64,000 nt of DNA from Alphaproteobacteria bacterium (GTDB taxonomy: Bacteria > Pseudomonadota > Alphaproteobacteria > MPNO01 > UBA830), in the NCBI GenBank assembly GCA_965243135.1, contig OZ251539.1, positions 5,504,001 through 5,568,000 on the forward strand, given 5' to 3'. The stretch's first letter is position 1. The number at the start of each line of letters is the position of its first letter. Positions 9,571 to 18,415 of the stretch are shown piece after piece. Position numbers and translations under genes: made by a program. The notes below the pieces were generated by a model. That model was not told the DNA's origin, did no database searches, and saw nothing but the letters and a program-made list of their open reading frames with translations.

Positions 9571-10536
9571 TTACGGCAGGAATACCGGCAGTTTCCCGGC
9601 GGCGCGCCGCATCGCTTCTTCGCCGCGCCGGTCGTAGCGGGCGGTCGTCTGCGGGCTGGCGTGTCCGGCGAGACGCTGGACGATCGCGAGATCGGCGTCG
9701 GACTCGAGCAGGTCGCTGACGAACGTCCGGCGCAGGTCGTGCGGACTGCAGGGCGCGATGCCGGCCTGTTCGCATCGGCGCTTCAGCCAGATCATGGCCG
9801 TCTGCGCCGTGACCGCGCGGATAGCCAAGCGTCCGGCCTTGTCGATCGGGCAGAGCAGCGGTCCGGGACCGCGGCCGCGGACGGCGATCCATGCGTCGAC
9901 GGCGCGTCTGGCGTCGCCGGCCGCGAATGCGGTGCGCTGCCGGTTCCCCTTGCCGATCACGCGAAGCGCTCCGGTGCTCCGGTCGTAGTCGCCGATCTGC
10001 AAGGCGACCGCTTCGGCGCGGCGCAGCCCGGCGCCGTAGAGCAGGGCGAACGCCGCCCCGTCGCGGAATCCGGCCGGCGTCGGATCCGCGGCGCAGGCTG
10101 CGAACAGCCGCCTGATCTCGCCCGGTTCGAGCGCCCGGCCCGCCGGCGGCCTGCTTCCCTTCACGCGGGGGATGTCGACGGCCCGCATGTAGTCCTCCGT
10201 TCCGATCTGGCCCAGGCGCCAACTCGCCTTCAGGACGCCTCGAAGGGCAGCGAGGTACTTGTTGGCCGTCGCGGGGGCCATTTCCTCGGCGACGGCCGAC
10301 CTGACGGCCGCGACGTGCTGGAAGCGGAAGTTCTGCCAGGGAACGTGGGCCGCGCCGGGAAAGCCGGCGAGCGCGGCGAGCCGGTCCAGCGTGCTGCGCA
10401 TGCCGTCGCGGGCGGGACCTTCCGCGAGGCCGGCAAGGTAGACGGCGGCCGGGTTTTCGTCCGCCTTGGCGGGCGGAATGCCGGGAACGGCGGGAAAACG
10501 GCTGGCGGCGGTTTGCCGGACGGGGGCAGGATGCAT
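9571..10536 (-). CDS. Tyrosine recombinase/integrase (intact, 321 aa)
   Basis: Catalytic set GLRRAE (R), GKGNRQR (K), HDLRR (HxxR), GHAS (H), RYDRR (Y). Confidence 0.95.
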   Translation of the reverse strand: MHPAPVRQTAASRFPAVPGIPPAKADENPAAVYLAGLAEGPARDGMRSTLDRLAALAGFPGAAHVPWQNFRFQHVAAVRSAVAEEMAPATANKYLAALRGVLKASWRLGQIGTEDYMRAVDIPRVKGSRPPAGRALEPGEIRRLFAACAADPTPAGFRDGAAFALLYGAGLRRAEAVALQIGDYDRSTGALRVIGKGNRQRTAFAAGDARRAVDAWIAVRGRGPGPLLCPIDKAGRLAIRAVTAQTAMIWLKRRCEQAGIAPCSPHDLRRTFVSDLLESDADLAIVQRLAGHASPQTTARYDRRGEEAMRRAAGKLPVFLP

Positions 10537-10565
10537 CGGCGGCGTTCCAGAATGCGGTCGATTTC

Positions 10566-10589
10566 TATTCAGAAACGTAGTTCTGAATA
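10566..10589. promoter_or_regulatory. Perfect palindrome 30 bp upstream of the integrase (operator or recombinase binding site)
   Basis: TATTCAGAA-ACGTAG-TTCTGAATA, 9-bp arms with 6-bp spacer. Confidence 0.55.
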
Positions 10590-10819
10590 CCTATTTTTCA
10601 CACCCGCCAGATGCTGTGGGCGGCCGCGCCCGCCGCCACAACAATTCCGGCTCGCGGGCTTCCGAAGGTACCGGGAGAGAGGTTGCGCTCCGGGCCGGCC
10701 GCGTCGGTCGATAGCTTCGACTGTTGGGGGTCCGCCCTGACTTCGCGTTCGCTACGTTGGAGGGCCGGTGGTTGCTCCTTTCCGTGACGGTGCGAACCTG
10801 ACGGGAGATGTTCTACGGT

Positions 10820-11470
10820 GCCGTGCGTTCTGTCCGCCTTCGCCGGACGCTTCAAAGGCGGGCAGCGCGAAAGCAAGACTGGAAAAGCCGCTTTTCGCTC
10901 CATCGTCGTGGTCCGAGCGTCCGGAGAAGCCGGCGGCCGAGCGGCCGTGCGCTGGATTCCAGGGAAGTGGGACGGCTGTTCGCGGTCCGCGCGAATGACG
11001 CCTCTCCCGTGGGAAAGCGGCGCATTTTCGCTGCTGTACGGCGTCGGTCCACGGCGGACGGAGGCGGTGGCGCTGCAACTCGAGGACTACGGCCGAAACA
11101 ACGGCGAACTGGCGGTCCGCGGCAAGGGAAACCGGCGGCGCAGCGTGTTCGCGAGCAACGGCGCGAAACGCGCTATCGATGCATGGGTCCACGTCGGCGC
11201 GCCGAGACCGCCGCTCTGCCCCATCGACAAGGCCGGCCGCATCGCCCCCGGTCACGGCTTAGGCGATGATGATCCGGCTGAAGCGCCGGGAAGCGGGGCT
11301 CGTGTCCTGCAGCCCGCACGATCTCCGCCGCACGTTCGTCAACGACCTGCTCGAAGCGAGCGCCGATATCGCGATCATGCAGCGCCTCTCCGGTCACGCG
11401 AGCCCGCCCGCCACTGCCCGCTACGATCGCCGGGGAAGCGAAGTCATGCGATGGGCGACGACTCGGCCGT
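10820..11470 (+). pseudogene. Decayed divergent tyrosine recombinase paralog, head-to-head with the intact one
   Basis: Frameshifted pieces GRALDSREVGRLFA / LLYGVGPRRTEAVALQLEDY...GKGNRRR / SPHDLRRTFVNDLL...GHASPPATARYDRR. Confidence 0.88.
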
Positions 11471-11699
11471 GTGTGTCGACTGGCCGGTTTGTCCTCTGCA
11501 CTCCGGCCGAACCGCTGAAGCGCCGGTCCTGCTGCAAGATTTGCGAACTTCATTCTTGGTGGGTGGAGATGTCAAACGGTCGGGAACAACCTTGCATCCC
11601 CGCGCCTTGAACGCCTGGAGAGGCCCGTATCCATATCGTTGGTGTCGATGGGCACCCAGCGGGGAGCTCCAGCCTTCGAGCGCTGGTAAAGGGTTGATG

Positions 11700-11880
11700 A
11701 ACGTCGCATCCCGCCACCCGCTTGCCCTCGCGCTATGTGCCCTCCGCGCCCTTCCAGCTCCGACAAGTCCCGCTCGTTGCAGTACCCGGCAAGCACCATC
11801 GCGGGCTGCGGGGCGGACCTGTCCCTGGCCTCATCGAGCAACCCCACCATCGCGCCCGAGTTGACAGGGAGCATCTTTTT
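11700..11880 (-). mobile_element. IS1182-like transposase relic (duplicate of part of 28650-29010)
   Basis: GAMVGLLDEARDR..PAMVLAGYCNERDLSELE resembles IS1182 VLADAGYCNE.DL..LE. Confidence 0.55.
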
Positions 11881-12080
11881 CTACGGCGCAGACGGGGCGG
11901 AGAGCCTTTGCCGCTGTCGCGCCGGATGTCCCCGCATGGGTTGCTTTCCTGCGCCTGCCGCTGCGGCAGGATCGGCGGTACCGGTTCGCCGTGCCGGGGA
12001 TCAACCCGTTCGATAGACATCGTCCACATGTATCGGTAAAGTACGGAACTGAACGAAGAATTGTCGAAGAGGAGAATGAA

Positions 12081-12599
12081 ATGCTATTCGATGTGCATAG
12101 ATTCTTGATCACGAACTTGAAAACTAGCGAATTTTTGTAGGATGTCGATAGAGAAGAACCCGGATTAAGAAAAGCGAGAGGTTGCTATATTTTTTCGACA
12201 AATCACGGCCAAAACTTCAGACCTTGGTATGTCGGAAAAGCGGAAAAAACGGAGTTTGATACCGAAGTTTTTAATAGAAATAACAAGGAAATGTGCCGAG
12301 AAATTTTGGATAAACCGGGAGAAGTTCATCTGTTCTTGTTGCCGAGACTTACTCCCAAGAAGAGAAAATTTGGAAAATCCAAATACTCTCCTCATATACG
12401 ACACCTTGAGTTGCACCTTATTAGTTTGGCTCTAAAACGGAACAAGGATCTCTTCAATGTGCATTACGCAACAAGATTCAGGGAACTGAAAGTTCCGGGT
12501 ATCTTCAACAGTGATCCGGGTCATCCACCGTCGAAGGTCCAAGAGCTCAGGCGCACTCTTGGACTTAGGCCGGCAAAATCGAAGCCGCGCCTTCCCTGA
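12081..12599 (+). pseudogene. GIY-YIG-like nuclease copy A (single in-frame TAG at codon 20)
   Basis: MLFDVHRF...FL*DVDREEPGLRKARGCYIF...WYVGKAEK...; the TAG lies at about the Trp position of the paralogs; otherwise in frame. Confidence 0.8.
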
Positions 12600-12678
12600 T
12601 CCCGTCCCTCCGCCGCCGTAGCGTGACACTCAATAGTCGAGCACGGTGGTCGGCGCTTCCGTTTGCGACACAGCACTT

Positions 12679-12838
12679 TCACGGTGCCTTTACGACAACT
12701 CTACAATAAGTTTGTGGTGTATCGTTGCGAAGCTTGAGCTCGCAGGCGACTATGTCCGCTCCGTATTTTTTCCAGACGTGGTCCTTCCATCCGTTCGTGG
12801 GATCGTGTCGCGGGAAAATTCCCGTCTGCGCCTGCAAG
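12679..12838 (-). pseudogene. 3' fragment of the terminal gene of the secretion operon (29827-30390)
   Basis: LQAQTGIFPRHDPTNGWKDHVWKKYGADIVACELKLRNDTP..C..VVK. Confidence 0.85.
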
Positions 12839-12898
12839 AGTTGCCGTGGTCCGCGTGGAGCGCGAGGCCAACCGCACCATCCGGCGGGGAGTGTGACC

Positions 12899-13224
12899 AT
12901 GAACCAGTCCGAATTTCTGACCGCGCTGGCGGACATCAAGCTTGAGGGCCGGTGGGGGCCGGGTTAGGTGGCGGCTGCATCCGTCTGTATCATCCGGGCG
13001 AGTTCGTCGGCAGTACGATGGAGTTTTGCCCCATCACGGCCGTGGCCTACGACCGGACCGGCGCATACCATGACCTGCTGAATTGGCGCGATGCCGCCGG
13101 CGAAATTGGGTTGGACCATGAAACCGGGAAGGTGATCGCGGAAGCGGCCGACCATGAGGCGCCGTGGCCAATCAACCCGAACGTGCGCGACAAGATCAAG
13201 GCCGCGTGCGGACTGGCGACGTGA
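12899..13224 (+). CDS. Small hypothetical protein, probably frameshifted near 12960
   Basis: MNQSEFL... then ...IRLYHPGEF...FCPITAVAY...; stop overlaps next ATG (TGATG). Confidence 0.4.
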
Positions 13225-13400
13225 TGCCTGATTTCGCGCCGCCGGGAACAAGCCTGCTGTTCAGCGACAGCGGCTTGAACCATGTTCCGTTCGAGATTAA
13301 CGGAGACATGGACGCCGAAGACCTGTGCGAACACTTGCAGGGCGTGACCGAGGCGCGGACCAAGTTCCGCGTGAGCTTCAACATCAAGGAGAACGACTGA
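13224..13400 (+). CDS. Small hypothetical protein (58 aa)
   Basis: TGATG coupling at both ends. Confidence 0.5.
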   Translation: MPDFAPPGTSLLFSDSGLNHVPFEINGDMDAEDLCEHLQGVTEARTKFRVSFNIKEND

Positions 13401-13819
13401 TGACATACTTTCAAGATGCTGACTTTCGCGACATGCGCGAGAACAACAAGGCGTTGGTTCGGAAGGGACTCCAGAAGGCGCGACAGGAAAACCGGACGAT
13501 TTTCCAGTGCATGGATTACCTGACGAACAGCAAAGGCCATGCGATGATATGGACGGCTGCGAACGAGGTCGTTTTCGAGTATGGCGAAGAAACCGTCATT
13601 GAGATTGTCGAAAAGGAAGGATGGAAGTTGGAAGCTCAGAATCTGATCTTTCGACCGACGACCATGACGAGTCGCGACAAGTTCCTGCAATCCGGGCAAG
13701 ACGCGGCGCAAGACGGCGAAGTGATCCTGCTGATGACGTTCCGGGCGTCCGAAAAACTCCAGAACGAGATGCGGCATGAAGCCGCAACGGCGGCGCATGA
13801 ACGCCGCCGTCGGCCGTAA
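13400..13819 (+). CDS. Hypothetical protein (139 aa)
   Basis: AAGGAG RBS, TGATG coupling, globular composition. Confidence 0.6.
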   Translation: MTYFQDADFRDMRENNKALVRKGLQKARQENRTIFQCMDYLTNSKGHAMIWTAANEVVFEYGEETVIEIVEKEGWKLEAQNLIFRPTTMTSRDKFLQSGQDAAQDGEVILLMTFRASEKLQNEMRHEAATAAHERRRRP

Positions 13820-13829
13820 TCGGCAAGTG

Positions 13830-14230
13830 GCGCGCCCCTGAAAGGCTTTCACCCGCCGATGCTTGAATTGCGCATCCCGGCGCTGGCTGCCATCCAGCGT
13901 TTTGGCCTGCAGGCTGCAGCCCGCATGGTGAAGCGTTCACCGTCCGCTCGCTGACCGAGCGCCCGGCCGCCCGAAACTCCTCCGCCAATGCGCTGCTGCA
14001 TGTCCAGCGCAACGGCCCCGACGGATCGCCGCGCGTCGCCGGGTCCACCATCTTCTCAAGAGCGGTCGGCAGGACCGGTCATGTTCGAGGAGCGGCTTCC
14101 GGCCGCCGCCCGGACCACATGTCCGGCTGATCGAGTTCCCCCGGCCTTGGTTCTCGGCATTCCGGTCGCTTCGGCGACCCGTGTCCCGCAGTCCCGGCAC
14201 TTCGACTCACCGGCCAACCATCCCTTACTG
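13830..14230 (-). mobile_element. ISAzo13-family transposase relic
   Basis: VDPATRGDPSGPLRWTCSS.LAEE...SVSERTVN resembles the ISAzo13 motif RGDPESPLRWT.KS. Confidence 0.7.
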
Positions 14231-14270
14231 CCCCGAGGCAGAGATTGCCGAACGCCAAGGTTGCATTTCC

Positions 14271-14287
14271 GGGGGGGGGGGGGGGGG
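14271..14287 (+). repeat. Poly-G tract (G17) 37 bp upstream of the lipoprotein start
   Basis: Seen directly. Confidence 0.9.
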
Positions 14288-14324
14288 TACGGTTGTCGTA
14301 CACGGTCAGGAAAGGAATGACGTG

Positions 14325-16904
14325 ATGCAATCTGCAGTTAAAGCTTGTTTGGTGATCATGTGCGGTGCCGTGCTGGCGCTCGGGGCCTGCTCGAATCAGG
14401 CAAAGGACACGCTCAGGGCCGAACGCGATGCGGCGCGGGCCGAACTGATGGTCGCGCGGGACTTGTTGGCCCAACTGCAAGACGCCCAGAAAAGGGTGAT
14501 CGACAATCCGAACGACGAGCAGGCGCAGGCGGATCTGCTGGCGACGCTCAACGAAACCGAGAACGCCTTGAAGATGGTGGAGCTCACCGGTACGGACGAC
14601 GCCACGAACAAGGTGCGGACGGCGCTGGCATCGACCCTGACGGCGCTCATCCAAGTGAAGAGGCTCTATACCTCAACCTCGTCCGAGCGGATCTCGTTGG
14701 CCCAGGCGCAAGCCGCCCAGATGGACGATTTGCTGAGCATGGCGCGGGCCGCGGTGGCCCAGGCGCAGACCGATCTGGCCGCCGCGCAGGAGGCGCTGGA
14801 GGAGATGCCGAACGACGCGGCGCGGACGGCGCTGGCGGCGGCGCAAAATGCGCTCGCCGTCACCCAGCTCTCGCTGCTGCCCCAGCTCGCCAGAGCTCTG
14901 GATCAGTCGGCGCCGCGGCCGCCGGAACCACCGGCGCCGACCGCGGAGGAGCAGGCGTTGCGTTCGGCGCAAACCGGTTTGACGGATGCGCAGACCGCGA
15001 CCGGGCAGGCCAGGACGGCGCTGGCGGCGGCCCAGGCGGATCTGGAGAAGGCGGAGGCGGATTTCCAGGCGACCGCCGATGCCTGGGACGCCGACACCAC
15101 GGACGAGCAGAAAACGGCGGATCGCGAGGCCGCACAGATGCGGAGACAGGCGGCGCAAACGGCGCTGGCGGCCGCGCAGACGGCCTTCGTGAATGCGCAC
15201 GAGGCGGAGAGGATGGCCGCGGCGACGCTCGCAACGGCCGCGGCCGCGGCCCTGGCCGAGGCGGCCACGGACGACCAGCGGACGGAGGCCAACGCAGGCG
15301 TGGCGGCGGCCGCGGCGGCCGAAACCGCAACGCGAGCCTGGGCCGCCACCCGCATCGCCGCCGACGCCGGGTTGGCGGCGCCTCCCCTCATCCTGACCCA
15401 GGTCCCCCCCGGATCGACGGGGGGCGCATCCTTCACCGCGCGGGTCACGCTCACGCCCAGGGAGCCGACGGATCCCTCCGGCTGCACGGTTCTCACGCGC
15501 TGCCCCAACCCCGACGCGTTGGACATTGCGACGGAGGCGGTCGCCTGGGCCGCCGGCAAGACGGTGCTCTCGCCCGGCGCGACGGGCGAGAGCGATCACT
15601 TCCCGCTGCGGGCGGTCTCCATGCGCGGCGACATGCGGGGGAGCCCCCAAGGCTCCACCGACGACGATGGCGGCGCGACGCCGAAGATCCCGGTCGTCCA
15701 GGGGGCGACGACCGACATCGACGGCAACCCCATCTCGGGTATCTCCGGCTACCAACGCCATTACCGGAATCCGGTGACCAGCTCGATCCGCTTCACGCCC
15801 GACGGCATGGTCTTCAGGACCGGCGGGGAAGGCACCGTCTTCAGCCTCTTCAAGCACGATCTCGACAGGTCGTCGAGCCGGGGCCGGGACGGGACCAGCA
15901 ACGTGGGCAATTGGGGAAATGTGGACAACGGTGTCACGTCGGACGATTGCAGCGGGAACTATGAGCCGTTCTGCTACGACTTCAACCGCAGCGACATGGA
16001 GATCTCATGGGGCGCGCCCTACGCCGACCCCGACGGCGAGCCCAACTACTACTGGGCCTCGCGCTACGGGTTGAGCGGAAACCAGCCCCAGCCCGATCCC
16101 GAAGACAGCGACGGCCGTCGGCTCGCGGCCCATGGCGCGCTGGGCGACCTTCGGGTCTGGCTGTCGAACCATGGCGGCCTCGACGCGGGCGCGCTTGCGG
16201 ACGATGCGGGCGACGACGCCGACCGCTACCTGTCCTATGCGGCCTACGGCCTGTTCGTGTTCACCGACTATATCGACGAGTATCCTCGGCCGGGCCTCTT
16301 GCAGGGCTTCCACTTCGGTTACGACGCCTTCCGGGACGCGGACAACATGAGGACGACCGACCGTGCGGCCTCGATCGAGGCCACGTTCCGGGGCAGGACT
16401 ATGGGGATGATCCTGCATCCCAGGAGCAATTCGGTGGGCAGCGAAAGTGCGCCCCATGTCCTCCACTTCACCCGCTTGCGGGGCGACGTGACCCTCAACG
16501 CCTGCATCGGCGCCGGCGCCTGCACGGGCACAGGCATTCCCACCGGCTCCAACAAGATCATGGGCAACATCGCCAACCTGCAATCGCTCGAAAACGGCAT
16601 CTGGCAGAAGAACCAATTCCTCAGAAATCAGGCGGAGGGCCATGCCACCCATCCCGGGTTCGCGATCCTGTTGGCGGAGGGCGACATCGCAGCCGACGGC
16701 AGCTACAAGGGCCATGCGGATCCGTGGGATACTTCGTGGAACCAGGGCGAGTACAGCGGCGCCCTCTACGGCCCCGCGGACAAGCTCGAAACCGCCGGTT
16801 GGTGGCGCATCGAACCCGACAGTACCCACCAGAACCGGCATGTGGCCGCGTTCGGCAGCTTCGGCGCCTGCCAGCCGGATGATTGCCGCGTGACGGCGCC
16901 GTAG
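14325..16904 (+). CDS. Large surface lipoprotein: Ala-rich coiled coil plus TbpB-like C-terminal beta barrel
   Basis: AGGAAAGG RBS, lipobox LALGA-C, Ala/Gln/Glu helical region, C-terminal SYAAYGLF...GEYSGALYGP..LETAGWW...FGSFGA. Confidence 0.75.
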   Translation: MQSAVKACLVIMCGAVLALGACSNQAKDTLRAERDAARAELMVARDLLAQLQDAQKRVIDNPNDEQAQADLLATLNETENALKMVELTGTDDATNKVRTALASTLTALIQVKRLYTSTSSERISLAQAQAAQMDDLLSMARAAVAQAQTDLAAAQEALEEMPNDAARTALAAAQNALAVTQLSLLPQLARALDQSAPRPPEPPAPTAEEQALRSAQTGLTDAQTATGQARTALAAAQADLEKAEADFQATADAWDADTTDEQKTADREAAQMRRQAAQTALAAAQTAFVNAHEAERMAAATLATAAAAALAEAATDDQRTEANAGVAAAAAAETATRAWAATRIAADAGLAAPPLILTQVPPGSTGGASFTARVTLTPREPTDPSGCTVLTRCPNPDALDIATEAVAWAAGKTVLSPGATGESDHFPLRAVSMRGDMRGSPQGSTDDDGGATPKIPVVQGATTDIDGNPISGISGYQRHYRNPVTSSIRFTPDGMVFRTGGEGTVFSLFKHDLDRSSSRGRDGTSNVGNWGNVDNGVTSDDCSGNYEPFCYDFNRSDMEISWGAPYADPDGEPNYYWASRYGLSGNQPQPDPEDSDGRRLAAHGALGDLRVWLSNHGGLDAGALADDAGDDADRYLSYAAYGLFVFTDYIDEYPRPGLLQGFHFGYDAFRDADNMRTTDRAASIEATFRGRTMGMILHPRSNSVGSESAPHVLHFTRLRGDVTLNACIGAGACTGTGIPTGSNKIMGNIANLQSLENGIWQKNQFLRNQAEGHATHPGFAILLAEGDIAADGSYKGHADPWDTSWNQGEYSGALYGPADKLETAGWWRIEPDSTHQNRHVAAFGSFGACQPDDCRVTAP

Positions 16905-16932
16905 AACCGAACCGCCCACTCGGGCGAAGCGA

Positions 16933-16969
16933 GCCCGCCGCGTTCCCCTCGGGGCGCGGCGGGCCTTTT
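16933..16969 (+). terminator. Rho-independent terminator
   Basis: GCCCGCCGCG...CGCGGCGGGC stem followed by CTTTT, just after the lipoprotein stop. Confidence 0.65.
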
Positions 16970-17151
16970 CGCAAGGCGACTCGGCGCCGCGCATGGCGCG
17001 CATGCAGGATGCGCCGAGCGTTGCGCTGATCGCGACTCCGACGTGAAGATCCGCGCTCGCCCGCTTCCGCCCTTTCTTGCGCACCCAGCCACCGCATGAG
17101 CCGGCGGCCCGACTCGTTCACCGCCAGTCTTTCGAAATCCCGGGGTGCGGG

Positions 17152-18415
17152 CGCGCCCGTCGACCGTCAGTCGCGGATGTCTTGCAAAATCCGCCCTGTC
17201 GCGCGGCCCGTCCCCAAAGCGCTCGCCTTTCGGCGCGCGAGTCCGGCCGCCGCGGCGAACTACCCCTGGAACTCAACGTAGAAGACAAGGGGCCTGCCCG
17301 ACGCCTTGTCGGCGACGGGACCGCAACAGGTGGCTTGCCCGGAAGCCGCTGCGCCGCGGCTTCGAGGCGCGGAATATCCGTGTCCTCCGCCGTTTCCCGG
17401 GCGGCGTCGACCGCCTCCCGGGTTTTCGGCTCCGAATTCTTTCGCTTCCGTCGGACCGCGAACTTTCGCTCGGTCCGCGCAAAACGAGGCCGGCCCGCCG
17501 CCGTCAGAAGCGCATCGCGAGACTGATTCCGCCGTCGAATTCGCCGTTGTCGATGCCGCGGGCGGCGTATCCGGCGGAGGCGCGCAGCGCGTAGCGGCCG
17601 TCCCCCCAGCTGCACGCGCCGCCGGCTCCGATGCGGAACCCTGTCTTCTCCGACTCGGTCGCGCTCAGCGGCGTCGATGCCACCTGCGCCCCCGAGATCC
17701 GCGCCGACCTCCTGTCCGAGAACTCGTGGGTGGCCTCCACCGAGCCGAACAGCCGGAATCCGTCCTCCATCTCGACGCGCAACCCGGCGCGGCCCACGAG
17801 GCTCCGCGCGTCCTCCACCGATACGGGGTGGCTGTCCACGTCCGTGAAGTTCAGAGACACGTCCGACCATGTCAGACCGACGCCGGGGGTCACGGTCAGA
17901 CCGTCGCCCATGTCCGTCCGCCGTCCGACCTCGACGCCGAGAGCGAGCCCCAGAGCCTTCGCGCCGTCCTTCCGAACCCTCTTCACCATCTCGCGCGCCA
18001 TGTTCTGCTGGTTGGCGGTCAGCTTGACGTCGTACCAGGTCGCCATCGCCTGCGCGTCCACGTGGAAGCCGCCGCCGAGGAACGCCGTGCCGTGCGTGCC
18101 CGCGCCGACCCCGGACAGTTCGACCTCGCCGCCGGACCCCGACATCTCCGCCGAGCCCTGCAACCCGCGCACCGACACGCCGAACCGCCCGTCGGTGCCC
18201 ACCGCGAAGTCCACCCCCGCCTGCACGCCGTACCGGCGGTAGTCGAAGGCAGCGTTCGGCTGCTGCGTCGCGTTCTTCGCCTTCCACTCGCCGCTCGCGC
18301 CGTCGATCCGCACCCAGCCGCCGTTGCCGTCCCGTGCCGCCGCCATGCGCTCCCCGTAGGTCGGCAGCCCGTTCATCGCCAGCAGCGCCGACGGCAGCGC
18401 TTGGTAGAGGCGGCA
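17152..18415. repeat. ~1.25 kb direct repeat with 61126-62362 (autotransporter barrel plus ~350 bp downstream)
   Basis: Long near-identical alignment by eye. Confidence 0.9.

Noticed and set aside
9571-10536. Calling the recombinase xerC/xerD or integron intI
   Set aside because: No IntI insertion or canonical attC arrays seen, and not in a Xer housekeeping context; left as a generic tyrosine recombinase
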